Assembly (NCBI RefSeq): GCF_044704955.1
Contig: NW_027251843.1
Location: 310,001 to 374,000, forward strand
Reading direction: 5' to 3'
From: Pristiophorus japonicus
Taxonomy: Eukaryota
Length of the DNA: 64,000 nucleotides
Shown piece after piece: positions 24,225 through 37,605 of the stretch (its first letter is position 1; every line of letters starts with the position of its first letter). A model generated the notes under the pieces. The model was not told where the DNA came from. It searched no databases and worked only from the letters and a program-made list of their open reading frames with translations. The translations under genes and the position numbers were made by a program.

Positions 24225-24535
24225 ATAAGCGAGAGCAGGACCTGTTTGTGGCCGGTGCGGAGATCACCACTTACAGAAGGTAGTTACTGCAGGGAATCCA
24301 GGGCCACAGTGACCTCCTGGACTAGTTTCCATCGCCTCGGGCGGGGGGCGGGGGTCGGAGAGGAGTTTCCCAGATTTATTTCCCCCAATGGGTTTTTTAG
24401 CTGGTTTTTCGCCTCTCCCAGGAGATCAGGTAGCTTTGGGTGGGGTGGAGAGTCTATACTGTGATACACAAGGTATCACAATTGTGTGGGACGGGCTGGA
24501 TGGACCACAGGGTCTTTACCTGTCCGTCACTGTCC
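24225..24535 (+). mobile_element. CR1-type 3' end fragment of a divergent subfamily
   Basis: ggtcggagaggagtttccc...tttttcgcctctcccaggagatc...ctggatggac 3'UTR-like pattern, recognised from memory. Confidence 0.35.
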
Positions 24536-24737
24536 GCGGGTTTGGGTTTCAAAGATGTGGAGCTCAATTGGAAAGAAAGACTTGCATTTATATAGCGCCT
24601 TTCACCATGTCAGGACATCCCAAAGCGCTTTACAGCCAATGAAGTACTTTTGCAGTGTTGTCACTGCGGTAATGGACGAAACACGACAGACAGTTTGTGA
24701 ACAGTAAGCTCCCACATGTGACTATGACCAGATAATG

Positions 24738-25160
24738 GGCCCAAATTGCGTATCGCCCCGGTTATGGCGGTAGCTTTTCCCACACCGAAGTCCCGCCCTG
24801 GAAGCGAAATTGGGGTCACGGCCCCTGACAGGAAGTGGAGCGCAATGTGGTGCGCAGCACTTCCCCTGGGGGTGGGCTCGGGGGCGAATGTCAAGCTGCA
24901 CCTTCATGGCACCGACCCCACCACATCGGCACAGAAAGGCCCGACCGGTAAGTCGGCAAAAACAAATGGCGTGGCGCGGCGGCGCGCGGCTCCCGGTAAG
25001 TTTCACTCCGCGAGCGAAGTGCGGCCCGGTTTTTGACCCGTAGGCCTGGCGCGGACACAACTCACGGAGCGCTATCCATTTCGCTTCTCTGCTAAATCTC
25101 CGAGGGAGCCGGGAGCCACGCCCCCCACCTCCCCAGGGAAAACATTGTCACACCCCATTA
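24738..25160. mobile_element. GC-rich MITE-like insertion splitting a SINE
   Basis: CpG-rich block starting gggcccaaattg, lying between the SINE 3' part (24577-24735) and SINE 5' part (25205-25500). Confidence 0.4.
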
Positions 25161-25204
25161 GCGCCCCCCAGAGGCAGTAATGCAGGTGCACAGCGCAGGA
25201 ATTT

Positions 25205-25500
25205 CGTCCTCAATCTGATTTTGATGTTGATTGAGGGATAGATATTGACCAGGACACTGGGGAGAACTGCCCTGCTCTTCTTCAAAACAGTGGAATGGGA
25301 TCGTTAACGCCCACCTGAGAGAGCAGAGGGGCCTCGGTTTAACCTCTCGCCTGAAAGACGGCCCCTCCAACAGTGCGGCACTCCCTCAGTACTGCACTGG
25401 GACTGTCAGTCTAGATTTCTGAGCTTAGTCTCTGGAGTGGGACTTGAACCCACAACCTTCGGGCTCAGGTGAGTGTGCTGCCCATTGAGCCACAGCTGAC
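25205..25500 (-). mobile_element. tRNA-derived Deu-domain SINE (SacSINE1-like)
   Basis: A/B-box head (gtggctcaatgg...gggttcaagtccc) on minus, plus Deu core aaaccgaggcccc...gaagaagagcaggg. Confidence 0.8.
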
Positions 25501-25669
25501 TGAGTTGAAAACTTAAGGCCCATTAATGGCCCATCGACGGTGTTCGCCCTCAGTGGGGTGAACAAATCCAGAAATTATGGCCTGAATGATGTAGTCCAGG
25601 CCGTTATTTACTTTTTTATACTTTTAAGTTTATTTCTGTTCAGTTAGTTCTCAGTCTATTAAATAGAGG

Positions 25670-28600
25670 CATGGCAGGGCAATTCTGTCCCGTGGAAGCA
25701 CATCCTGTGCCATGTGGGAAGTCCTGGACACTTCTCGTGGCCTGGACGACCACATGTGCAGGAAGTGTCACCAGCTACAGCAACTCGAGCTCCGCGTTTC
25801 GGAGATTGAGCGGCGGCTGGAGTCACTGCGGTGCATCCGCGAGGCTGAGAACTTCGTAGATAACACGTTTCTAGAGGTGGTCACCCTGCAGCTTAAGATT
25901 GTGCAGGCAGAGAGGGAATGGGTGACCACCAGACAGAAGAGGAGGTCCAGGCAGGTAGTGCAGGAGTCCCCTGAGTCCAACTCCATCGCCAACCAATATT
26001 CTGTTCTGAGTACTGGTGGGGGTGATGGTTCCTTTCGGAAGTGCAGCCAGAGCCAAGTCCACGGCACCACGGGTGGCTCAGCTGCACAGGGGGGAGGAAG
26101 AAGAATGGAAGAGCAATAGTGGTAGGGGATTCGATAGTTAGGGGAACAGACAGGCATTTCTGTGGCCACAGATGTGACTTCAGGATGGTATGTTGCCTGC
26201 CTGGTGCCAGGGTCAAGGATGTCACTGAGTGGCTGCAGTACATTCTGAGGGGGGAGGGTGAACAGCCAATGCTTGTGGTCCATATTGGTACCAATGACAT
26301 AGGCAGCAAGAGGGATGAGATCCTACAGGCAGAGATTAGGGAGCAAGGAGACAGATAAAAAAGCAAGACCTCAAAGGTCGTAATCTCCGTATTACTGCCA
26401 GTGCCACGTGCTAGTTGTTATATATGTGGACTTGTATTTACTCTGTACAGCCTCCAGAGGGCTGATCCCCTGGAGTCCCAAGGGATCCCATAATCCCTTG
26501 GGAGCACAGGTATTTAAGGAGGCTTCACAGGTTGGGGAGGCACTCTGGAGACCTGCAATAAAAGACCAATGTCACACTTTATTTTGAGCTCACACCAGAG
26601 ACGACAGAAATAGAAGCACAGAGCAGATGAATACGTGGCTGGAGAGATGGTGCAGGAGGGAGGGCTTTAGTTTGCTGAGGCATTGGGGCCATTTCTGGGT
26701 GAGGTGGGACCTGTACAAGATGGATGGGTTACACCTCAACAGAGCCGGGACCAATATCCTTGTGGGGGGTGTTGTTATTGCTTTTGGGGACGGTTGAAAC
26801 TAGCTTGGCAGGATGATGGGAACCTGAGAATGGATTCAGTGGGGAGAGAAGCAAAGCTGGAATTCGAAAGCAGAACAACAGAAAGTGATTTTGGAAGACA
26901 GAGGAAACAAAGCCTAAAAAATAGACAACAAGGCAGTTTGGCAGTGCTAAATGGTATATACTTCAATGCATGGAGTATAGGGAATAAGGCAGATGAGCTG
27001 AGAGCACAGATAGACACTTGGGAGTACGATATTATAGCTATTACTGAGACATGGCTGAAAGAAGGACAGGTATAGCAGCTCAACATTCCTGGTTGCAGGG
27101 TTTTCAGACGGGATAGAGAGGGGGTAAAAAAGGAGGGGGTCGCAATTCTGAAACAATTGAAAGAAACAATTACAGCTGTGAGGAGGGATGATATGTCGGA
27201 AGGATCATCAAATGAGGCCATATAGGTCGAATTGAAGAACGAAAAAGGGGTAATCTGCTGGGAGTGTACTATAGACCCCCAAACAGTCAGAGGGAAAGAG
27301 AGGAGCATATATGTAGGCACATTTGTGAAAAGTGCAAAAACTATAGGGCAGTAATAGTAGGGGATTTCAACTACCCGAATATTAACTGGGATAAAATTAG
27401 TGTGAAAGGTATAGAGGGTGCGGAATTCCTAAAATGCATTCAGGAGAACTTTTTTAGCCAGTGTGTAACAAACCCAACAAGGGAGGGGACGGTTCTGGAC
27501 TTGGTTTTGGGGAATGAAGAGGGGTAGGTGGAAGGGGTATCAGTGGGAGATTATTTTGGTGCCAGTGATCATAATTCAGTTAGATTTAGTGTAGTTATGG
27601 AAAAGCACAAAGATAGACCAGAAATAAAAGTTCTCAATTGGGGAAAAGCCAATTTTGCTGAGCTGAGATGAGATTTGGCCAAAGTGGACTGGAAACGGCT
27701 ACTTGAAGGTAAATCAGTGTCAGAGCAGTGGGAGGCATTCAAGGAGGAAATCCTGTGGTTTCAGAGTAAGTCTGTTCCCTTAAAGAAAAAGGGTGGGGCT
27801 AATAAATCTAGCGGCCCTGAATGTCAAGTGAAATACAGTGTAGGATAAAGTAAAAAAGGGAGGCTTATGACAGATACCGAGGGCTCAATACTGCAGGAAC
27901 TTTAGAGGGGTATAGAAAGTGCAGGGGTGCAATTAAAAAGGAAATTAGGAAAGCAAAGAGAGAGCATGAAAACATTTTGGCAAGTAAAATCAAGGGAAAC
28001 CCGAAGATGTTTTATAAATACATAAAGAGCAGGAGGATAATTAAAGATAGAGTAGGGCCTATTAGAGACTATAAAGGTAATCTGTGTGTGGAGGCAGAAG
28101 ACGTGGATATGGTTCTTAATGGATACTTTGCATCTGTTTTCACAAAAGAGAGGGGCTATGCAGACATTGTAATCAGGGAGGAGGTGTGTGAAATATTAGA
28201 TGAAATAAACATAGTGAGAGAGGAAGTATTAACGGGCTTAGCAGCTTTGAAAGTGGATAAATCCCCAGGCCGGATTAAATGTATCTCAGGCTGTTAAGAG
28301 AAGCAAAAGAGAAAATAGCAGAGGGTCTGACCATCATTTTCCAATCCTCTCTGGCTACAGTTGTGGTGCCGGAGGACTGGAGGATTGCTAATGTTGTACC
28401 TTTGTTTAAAAAGGGAGAAAGGGATAGACCGAGTAATTACAGGTCAGTCAGCCTAACCTCAGTGGTGGGAAAATTATTGATGAAAATCCTAAGAGACTGG
28501 ATAAATCTTCATTTAGATAGACGGATTAATCAAGAACAGTCAGCATGGATTTGTTAAGGGAAGATCGTGTCTGACTAACTTAATTGAATTAATCGAGGAA

Positions 28601-29160
28601 GTAATAAGGAGGGTCGATGAGGTTACTGCGTTTGATGCAGTGTATATGGATTTTAGCAAGACTTTCAATAAGGTGACACATTGCAGTCTGGTCACGAAAG
28701 TACAAGCCCATGGGATGCAGGGAAAAGTGGAAAGTTGGCTCAGAGGCAGGAAGCAAAGGGTAATGTTTGATGGGTGTTTTTGTGACTGGAAGGCTGTTTC
28801 CAGTGAGGTTCCGCAGGGCTCAGTACTAGGTCCCTTACTTTTTGTGGTATATATCAATGATTTGGACTTGAATGTAGGGGGTATGATTAAGAAGTTTGCA
28901 GATGATACAAAAATTGGCTGTGCGATTGATAGTGAGGAAGAAAGCTGTAGACTGCAGCAAGATATCAGTGGACTGGTCAGGTGGGCAGAACAGTGGCAAA
29001 TGGAATTCAATCCGGAGAACTGTGAAGTAATGCATTTGGAGAGGTCTAACAAGGCAAGGGAATACACATTAAATGGTAGGACACTGAGAGGTGTAGACAA
29101 ACAAAGGGACCTTGGTATGCATGTCCACAGATCCCTGAAGGTAGCAGGCCAGGTAGATGG
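25670..29160 (+). mobile_element. Near full-length CR1-clade LINE, decayed (ORF1 zinc finger and SGNH esterase; ORF2 APE endonuclease and RT)
   Basis: CAMW...CRKC; VVGDSIVRG, CLPGA, VHIGTND; YFNAWS, ITETWL, YYRPP, GDFNYP; PQGSVLGP, FADDTK. Confidence 0.92.
26416..26595 (+). mobile_element. Short truncated solo LTR inside CR1 ORF1
   Basis: Starts TGTTATAT, has TATTTAA and AATAAAA, interrupts the esterase reading frame. Confidence 0.6.
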
Positions 29161-29584
29161 GTTTTTACGACAATCCGTCAGTTTCATGGTCACCATTACT
29201 GATACTAGCTTTTTATTCCAGATTTATTTAATTAACTGAATTTAAATTCCCCAGCTGTCGTGGTGGGATTTGAACTCGTGTCTCTGGATCATTTATCCAG
29301 GCCATAGTAGTCCACAGCTCTTTCAAAGAGCCAGCACAGGTGTGATGGGCCGAATGGCCTCCCTCTGTGCTGTGAGATGCTGTGATTAAGGAGCATGGCT
29401 CCAGCTAGCGTATGTGGGTTCAAGGGTTGAAAGCAGGGGTTTGGGTGGAGCCCATATAGATGTACCACAAGGGGGCGCTACAGCATCGATTGATCCAATT
29501 ATTGGCAGCGGGGAAACCGGAGATGGAAATAGTTTCAATAAAATGTATGCTGCGACTTTTAAAGTGGTCACCACCACCAGCACG

Positions 29585-30375
29585 ATCATAGAATCACTGA
29601 AAATTACAGCACGGAAGGAGGCCATTTCGGCCCATCGTGTTCGCGCCGGCCAACAAAGAGCTATCCAGTCTCATCCCACTTTCCAGCTGTGGGTCCGTAG
29701 CCCTGTGGGTTACGGCACTTTAAGTGCACATCCAAGTACTTTTTAAATGTGGTGAGGGTTTCTGCCTCTACCACCCTTTCAGGCAGTGAGTTCCAGACCC
29801 CCACCACCCTCTGGGTGAAGAATTGTTTCCTCATCTCCCCTCTAAACCTTCCACCAATTACTTTACATCTATGCCCCCTGGTTGTTGACCCCTCTGCTAA
29901 GGGAAATGGGTCTAGTCTATCAACTCTATCTTGGCCCCTCATCATTTTATACACGTCAATAGGGTCTCCCCTCAGCCTCCTCTGTTCCAAGGAAAACACC
30001 CCCAGCAGATCCAATCTTTCCTCATAACTAAAATTCTTCAGTCCCGGCAACATCCTCGTGAATCTCCTCTGTACCCTCTCTCGTGCAATTACATCTTTCC
30101 TGTCATGTGGTGACCAGAACTGCACGCAGTACTCTAAATGTGGTCTAACTAGTACTTTCTACAGTTCAAGCATAACCTCCCTGCTCTTGTACTCTATGCT
30201 TCGGATAATAAAGGCAAGTATTCTGAGTGCCTTTTTAAGCACCTTATCGACCTGGCCTGCTACCTTCAGGGATCTGTGGACATGCACTCCAAGGTCCCTC
30301 CATTCCTCCACCCCTCTCAGTACCCTCCCATTTATTGTGTATTCCCTTGCCTTTTTGCCCCTCCCCAAATGCATT
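29585..30375 (-). mobile_element. CR1 3' fragment
   Basis: ORF 29661..30125 QFWSPH...RRLRGD...FFTQRVVGVWNSLP. Confidence 0.9.
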
Positions 30376-30669
30376 AGAACAAGGCTGCAGTTAGAGCAGC
30401 CTTTCCACCCACTGACAGCACTCACTGAGTCTGATTCATGGCATCGATCAGCTGGACATTGATCTGGAAACACCAGCCCCCTGGTGAGGGAATCAAGGCT
30501 CTGATGCGACTGATAAAAGTCAAGATGAGGTTGCGGAGAGGTACACAGCTGCTGCTGGACACAATGAACAGGAGGAGACCATTCAGCCCCTCGAGCCTGT
30601 TCCCCCATTCAATCAGATCATGGCTCATCTGTATCTGAACTCCATCTACCCGCCTTGGTTCCGCAAGTT

Positions 30670-31075
30670 CCAAGGCCTATACTCTCTAGAGTTTAAAAGA
30701 ATGAGAGGTGATCTCATTGAAACATACAAAGTTCTGACAGGGCTTGACAGGGTAGATGCAGGGCAGATATTTCCTCTGGCTGGGGAGTCTAGAACCAGAG
30801 GTCACAGTCTCAGGATGAGGGGTCGGACATTTAGGACTGAGATGTGGAGAAACTTCTTCACTCAGAGGGTGGTGAATCTCTGGAATTTTCTGCCCCATAG
30901 GGCTGTGGAGGTTCAATCTTTGAGTATATTCAAGACGGAGATCGATAGATTTTTGAATATTAAGGGAATCGAGGGATATGGGGACAGTGCAGGAAAGTGG
31001 AGTTGAGTTAGAAGATCAGCCATGATCTCATTGAATGGCGGAGCAGGCTCGAGCGGCAAAATGGCCTACTCTGGC
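30670..31075 (+). mobile_element. CR1 3' end
   Basis: GLYSLEFKRMRGDLIE...FFTQRVVNLWN plus 3'UTR stem. Confidence 0.88.
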
Positions 31076-31289
31076 TCCAGAGTGCGGAGGGAATGGGAGG
31101 GGGCAGGAGGTGTGTGTGAGGTAGCGGGGCAGAAAGGTGGGGAGCGAGTTTGGGGTGAGGGATTAGGGGGGTTGGGATGGGGGAGGAATGGGGTGTCAGG
31201 AGGGTGGGAGTGAGGGAGGGCTAGGGAGGGAGGTGGGGGAGCGACTTTTGGGGGTGGAGGGAGAATGGCTCGGTGTGGGGAGGGGAAGG

Positions 31290-31725
31290 TAGAGACTGAC
31301 ATCGGCTTCCGGTTAAGCAACACCTCTTTTTTAAAAATTCTCATCCTTGTTTTCAAATCCCTCCATGGCCCGTACCTCCCTATCTCTGTAATCTCCTCCA
31401 GCCCCACAACCCCCCGAGATGTCTGCGCTCCTCCAATTCTGCCCTCCTGAGCATCCCTGATTGTAATCGCTCAACCATTGGTGGCCGTGCCTTCTGTTAC
31501 CGAGACCCCAAGCTCTGGAACTCCCTCCCTAAACCTCTCTGCCTATCTAACTCTCTTTCCTCCTTCAAGACGCTCCTTAAAACATACCTCTTTGGTCACC
31601 GTCACTAATTTCTTCTTATGTGACTCGGTGTCAAATTTTGTATCTCATAATACTCCTGGGAAGTGCCTTGGGACGTTTCACTACGTTAAAGGCGCTATAT
31701 AAATACAGGTTGCTGTTGTTGAATT
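31290..31725 (+). mobile_element. L2 LINE 3' end
   Basis: FKILILVFKSLHG-PYL, LWNSLP-like, ends ggcgctatataaat...gttgttg. Confidence 0.75.
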
Positions 31726-31787
31726 GAGGCAAAATCTGGTATTCTGGATGTCGCCGCTCCTTTTAACGCTCTCTCCAAAGCACGCAC

Positions 31788-32930
31788 AGCAAATGTAACG
31801 CCCTTATTGAAAAAAGGAGGCAGACAGAAAGCAGGAAACTATAGACTAGTTAGTCTAACATCTGTGGTTGGGAAAATGCTGGAGTCCATTATTAAGGAAG
31901 CAGTAGCTGGACATTTGGAAAAGCATTGTTCAATCAAGCAGAGTCAGCATGACTTTATGAAAGGGAAATCATGTTTGACAAATTTGCTGGAATTCTTTGA
32001 GGATGTAACAAGCAAAGTGGATAAAGGGGAACCAGTGGATGCAGTGTATTTGGATTTCCAGAAGACATTCGATAAGGTGCCACATAAAAGGCACAAGATA
32101 AAAGTTCATGGGGTTGGGGGTAATATATTAGCATGGATAGAGGATTGACTAACTAACAGAAAACAGATTCAGTATAAATGGGTAATTTTCTCGTTGGCAA
32201 ACAGTAACTAGGGAGGTGCCACAGGGATTGGTGCTGGGGCCTCAATTATTTACAATCTCTATTAATGACGAAGGGACTGAGTGTAAAGTAGCCAAGTTTG
32301 CTGGGAGGACAGACGCACCAACATTAGTGTCCTCGACCAGGTCAACATTCTCAGCATTGAAGCACTGACCACACTTGATCAGCTCCGCTGGGCAGGCCAC
32401 ATTGTCCACATGCCAGACACGAGACTCCCAAAGCAAGTGCTCTACTCGGAGGTCCTTCACCGCAATCGAGCCAAAGGTGGGCAGAGGAACGTTACAAGGA
32501 CACCCGCAAATCCTTCCTGATAAAGTGCAACATCCCCACTGACATCTGGGAGTCCCTGGTCAAAGACCCTAAGTAGAGGAAGTGTATCCGGCAAGGTGCT
32601 GAGCACCTCGAGTCACATCGCCGAGAGCAAGCAGAAAACAAGCACAGGCAGCAGAAGGAACGTGCAGCAAACCTGTCCCATACCCTCAATGACTATCTGT
32701 CTCAGCTGTGGCAGGGACTGTGGTTCTCGTATTGGACTGTTCAACCAACGAAGGACTCATTCTGAGAGTGGAAGCAAGTCTTCCTCGATTCCAAGGGACT
32801 GCCTCTGATGATGGGTGGGAAAGTAAATTGTGAGGAGGACACAAAAAATCTGCAAATGGATATAGACAGGCTAAGTGAGTGGGCAAAATGTTGGCAGATG
32901 GAGTATAATGTGGGAAAATGTGAGGTTATT
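31788..32930 (+). mobile_element. CR1 RT fragment with an RTE LINE 3' fragment inserted at ~32303-32805
   Basis: CR1 ORF 31807..32148; RTE motifs QLRWAGHIVHMPDTRLPKQVLY and CLSCGRDCGSRIGLFNQRRTH. Confidence 0.85.
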
Positions 32931-33009
32931 ACGCCCCCTGATCCCCCCTCCACCTACCCTACTGTCCCCCGAGCCCCCCCAGGAGCTGGAGCATCCTCAG
33001 GCTGCCATG

Positions 33010-34036
33010 ACAGTCACATACACACACACACACACACACCTACAGACAGTGCTGGCTAACAGTCACACACACACACACACACACACACCTACAGACAGTG
33101 TTGGGTAACAGTCACACACACATACACACACACAACCTACAAACAGTGCTGGGTAACAGTCACACACACACACACACACCTACAGACAGTGCTGGGTAAC
33201 AGTCACACACACACACACACCTACAGACAGTGCTGGCTAACAGTCACACACACACACACCTACAGACAGTGCTGGGTAACAGTCACACACATACACACAC
33301 ACAACCTACAAACAGTGCTGGCTAACAGTCACACACACACACAACCTACAAACAGTGCTGGCTAACAGTCACACACACACACACCTACAGACAGTGTTGG
33401 GTAACAGTCACACACACATACACACACACAACCTACAAACAGTGCTGGGTAACAGTCACACACACACACACACCTACAGACAGTGCTGGGTAACAGTCAC
33501 ACACACATACACACACACAACCTACAAACAGTGCTGGGTAACAGTCACACACACACACACACACACACACCTACAGACAGTGTTGGGTAACAGTCACACA
33601 CACATACACACACACAACCTACAAACAGTGCTGGGTAACAATCACACACACATCTACAGACAGTGCTGGGTAACAGTCACACACATACACACACACACAC
33701 AACCTTCAGACAGTGCTGGCTAACAGTCACACACACACACAACCTACAAACAATGCTGGGTAACAGTCACACACACACACACCTACAGACAGTGCTGGCT
33801 AACAGTCACACACACACACACCTACAGACAGTGTTGGGTAACAGTCACACACACACATACACACACACAACCTACAAACAGTGCTGGGTAACAGTCACAC
33901 ACACACCTACAAACAGTGCTGGGTAACAGTCACACACACACCTACAGACAGTGCTGGGTAACAGTCACACACATATACACACACACACAACCTTCAGACA
34001 GTGCTGGGTAACAGGCAGACACACACAAACACCTAC
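33010..34036. repeat. Minisatellite, ~35-45 bp units with variable (CA)n
   Basis: cctacagacagtgctgggtaacagt(ca)n repeated >20 times; resumes at 35376-35460 after a CR1 insertion. Confidence 0.95.
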
Positions 34037-35378
34037 TGAAGATGAAATAGCAGCGCATTTGGAAATCAGTGACAAGATCAGTCCAAGTCAGCATGGATTT
34101 ATGAAAGGGAAATCAAGCTTGACAAATTTTCTGGAATGTTTGAGGATGTAACGAGTAGAGTGGACAAAGGGGAACCTGTGGATGTGGTGTATTTGGACTT
34201 TCAAAAGACTTTTGACAAGGTCCTACACAAGAGATTGGTGTGCAAAATTAAAGCACGTGGTAATGTGGTGATATACTGACGTGGAGAGAGAACTTGTTGG
34301 CAGACAGGAAGCAGAGAGTCGGGATAAACGGGTCCTTTTCAGAATGGCAGGCAGGGGTGCCGCAGGGCTCAGTGCTGGGACCCCAGCTATTTACAATATA
34401 TATTAATGATTTAGATGAAGGAATTGAGTGTAATATCTCCAAGTTTGCAGATGACACTAAACTGGGTGGCGGTGTGAGCTGTGAGGAGGATGCTAAGAGG
34501 TTGCAGGGTGACTTGGACAGGTTAGTTGAGTGGGCAAATGCATGGCAGAGGCAGTATAATGTGGATAAATGTGAGGTTATCCACTTTGGTGCCAAAAACA
34601 GGAAGGCAGTATATTATCTGAATGGCGGCAGATTAGGAAAAGTGGAGGTGCAACGAGACCTGGATGTCATGGTATTACAGTCATTGAAGGTTAGCAAGCA
34701 GGTACAGCAGGCGGTGAAGAAGGCAAATGGCATGTTGGCCTTCAGAGCTAGGGGATTTGAGTACAGGAGCAGGGAGGTCTTACTGCAGTTGTACAGAGCC
34801 TTGGTGAGACCTCAGCTGCAATATTGTGTTGAGTTTTGTTCTCCTAATCTGAGGAAAGATGTTCTTGCTATTGAGGGAGTGCAGCGAAGGCTCACCAGAC
34901 TGATTCCCGGGATGGCAGGACTGACATATGAGGAGCGATTGGATCAACTGGGCCTGTATTCACTGGAGTTAATAAGAATGAGACGGGATCTCATAGAAAC
35001 ATATAAAATTCTGACAGGACTGGACAGGTTAGATGCAGGAAGAATGTTCCCGATGTTGGGGAAGTCCAGAACCAGGGGTCACAGTCTAAGGATAAGGGGT
35101 AAGCCATTTAGGACAGAGATGAGGAGAATCTTCTTCACTCAGAGAGTTGTGAGCAAATGGAATTCTCTTCCACAGAGAGTTGTTGAGGCTAGTTTGTTAG
35201 ATATATTCAAGAGGGAGTTAGATATGACTCTTACGGCTAAAGGGATCAAGGGATATGGAGAGAAAGCAGGAAAGGGGTACTGAGGGAATGATCAGCCATG
35301 ATCTTATTGAATGATGGTGTAGACGCGAAGGGTCGAATGGCCTTCTCCTGCAGCTATTTTCTGCATTTCTATGTTTCT
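34037..35378 (+). mobile_element. 5'-truncated CR1 inserted into the minisatellite
   Basis: ORF 34294..35283 RT C-half (GVPQGSVLGP, FADDTK); TTTCTATG-type tail. Confidence 0.93.
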
Positions 35379-35399
35379 ACAGGCGGTGCTGGGTAACAG

Positions 35400-35437
<38 letters not shown>

Positions 35438-36058
35438 CTACAGGCAGTGCTGGGTAAGCCACACTAACACTCAGGGACATGTACACGGTGATACACTGAC
35501 TGCTCCTCTCCCGAAGCTGAGGCCTCACTCGGTACAGTTTTGTGCTGCTGCCACGAGCCACACGTTAAGGAGAGAGAATGCAACGTTGTGACTGTGGCCT
35601 CCTGTCCCCAGATTGACCCCAGCAGTCAGCACAGAGTGCACAGTGCGATCCCACCATCGGGGGCTGCCCCAACACCCCCAGTGTGCAGAGTGAGAGCCAA
35701 TGCTCAGACTGGGAGGGTTTAATCCCAGCAGCTTTCAGTGTCTCTGTGTTTAATCTTGTGCACTCCAGGGGCTCGAGGTAAAATTGATCATTTTAAAATG
35801 ATTGATAATTGGCTTTGAATCAAATCTCCTGCTGACGTGCCATTGATTGACAGCCCGCCCAGCCAATCAGGACAGACACTTACTGAAATGCAGCCAATCC
35901 AGCTGAGGGGGAGGTGGGACATTTCCAAAGCACTCGCCAGACACAGACTGAATATTCTTCACATTTATTGCCTTTTACAGATTCACATTTACAGAAACAA
36001 GACTTGAATAAACAGCCCAGCGAGAGCGAGCTGGAGACATTCACAGGGAGAATGCAGC

Positions 36059-36064
36059 TTTATT
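36059..36064 (-). terminator. Candidate polyadenylation signal of the light-chain transcript (alternative at 35964-35969)
   Basis: AATAAA on minus ~500 nt after the C stop codon. Confidence 0.6.
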
Positions 36065-36257
36065 AAAACAGTTGTGAGGATTTTCTCCACACCGTGAGAA
36101 TCCTGTCCCTTTAAACGGGGACAAAACCTTGAATTGAAACAGCAGGGTGAGCAGGGAGGGGATCTGCTTACTGAAGCGGCACTTCGCAGTTTAACATTAG
36201 TTTTACTCTGCTGACAGTCTTCAGCATCTTCGAGAGGTTTTACTTGGCAGCACGAGT

Positions 36258-36402
36258 CAACACTGTCCCATCAAACCCTCCCAGGGCAGGTACAGCACGG
36301 GTTAGATACAGAGTAAAGCTCCCTCTACACTGTCCCATCAAACCCTCCCAGGGCAGGTACAGCACGGGTTGGATACAGAGTAAAGCTCCCTCGACACTGC
36401 CC
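36258..36402. repeat. 66-bp tandem repeat (~2.2 copies) within the putative 3' UTR
   Basis: acactgtcccatcaaaccctcccagggcaggtacagcacgggttagatacagagtaaagctccctct repeated. Confidence 0.85.
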
Positions 36403-36561
36403 CAATAATGTGCCTTATCCCCTGACCCTCAGATGCTTTCTCTGACCCAGTCCCGAGAAGGAAGAGAGTAGAAATGCAGTGCTGACAATGACCTTTGCCC
36501 TCCCGGCTTACCCCCTGTTCTATTTAAAGTTGTGTCTCCCCCGCGGACTGTCCCTGACACA

Positions 36562-36890
36562 CTACGCACATTCTGCTCTCCTGACCCCCTTGCTGAGGGG
36601 AGAGGAGAGGCTCTCGTGGGTGAGGCTGCAGGAGAAGCTGGCGTTGGACTCCCAGTCGGAGCCAGAGAGGGTCAGCAGGCTGCTGACACTGTAGGTGTTG
36701 TCCGAAGCTCGCAGGTAGTCGCTGGTCTGGACCCCGGCCGAAATGGTCGCCCCGTCCTTCTTCCACTCCACCTCCACCGCATCGGGGTAGAAGTGATCGG
36801 CGAGGCACACCAGGGTGGCAGTGCCCTTGGTCGTGACCTCCTCCGGGGAGGGGGGCAGCAGGGTCAGCGTGGGTGTTGTCTTCCCTCGTT
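36562..36890 (-). CDS. IGKC: Ig light chain constant exon, kappa type (shark NS4/type III-like), intact
   Basis: Acceptor ccctttcAG at 36891-36892; (K)RGKTTPTLTLLPPSPEEVTTKGTATLVCLADHFYP...VEWKKDG...YSVSSLLTL...FSCSLTHESLSSPLSKGVRRAECA*; both domain Cys, Trp and penultimate Cys present; phase matches J. Confidence 0.95.
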
Positions 36891-37133
36891 CTGAAAGGGC
36901 GGAGAATGATGTTTAATAGGTGTATATTAGTATGTGTGTGTGTGTGTCACTGTGGGTGTTTCCGTGTGGGGATAATTCACATCTGATAACGGAGACCTGG
37001 GTTAATGAACTCCTGGCTGGTGATTAACCATTAGAGGTGAGCAACACTAATTCTTAATCTTCTTTGCCTCGCTTGATACGTTTAATCTAAATATAAATGC
37101 GTTTGATGTTAAGGTGATTAAAAAAAAAGATAG

Positions 37134-37605
37134 GCTTGCATTTATATAGCGCCCTTCACAACCACCGGACATCTCAAACGCTTTACAGCCAATGAAGTAC
37201 TTTTCGAGTGTAGTCACTGTTGTAATGTGAGAAACACAGCAGCCAATCTGAACACAGCAGCCAATCTGCGCACAACAAGCTCCCACAAACAGCGATGTGA
37301 TAATGACCTGATAATCTTTTCTTTTGTCATATTTGTTGAGGGTTAAATATCAACCAGGACACCGGGGAGAACTCCCCTGCTCTTCTTCGAAATAGTGGCA
37401 TGTGATCTTTTGCATCCACCTCAGAGAGCAGACGGGGCCTCGGTTTAACGTCTCATCTGAAAGACAGGACCTCCGACAGTGCAGTGTCCCCTCAGCACTG
37501 CACTGGAATGTCAGCCTAGATTTTTGTGCTCGAGTCCCTGGAGTGGGATTTGAACCCACAACCATCTGACTCAGAGGCGAGAGTGCAACGCACTGAGCCA
37601 CGGCA
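37134..37605 (-). mobile_element. Full-length Deu-domain SINE (SacSINE1-like) in the J-C intron
   Basis: tRNA head, Deu core and L2-like tail ggcgctatataaatgcaag. Confidence 0.88.

Noticed and set aside
24305-24311. Isolated CACAGTG heptamers (also ~35641 and ~49617) as extra RSSs
   Set aside because: No nonamer seen at 12 or 23 bp and no adjacent V/J-like coding sequence
32875-34151. His/Thr-rich ORFs
   Set aside because: Translations of a (CA)n-containing minisatellite
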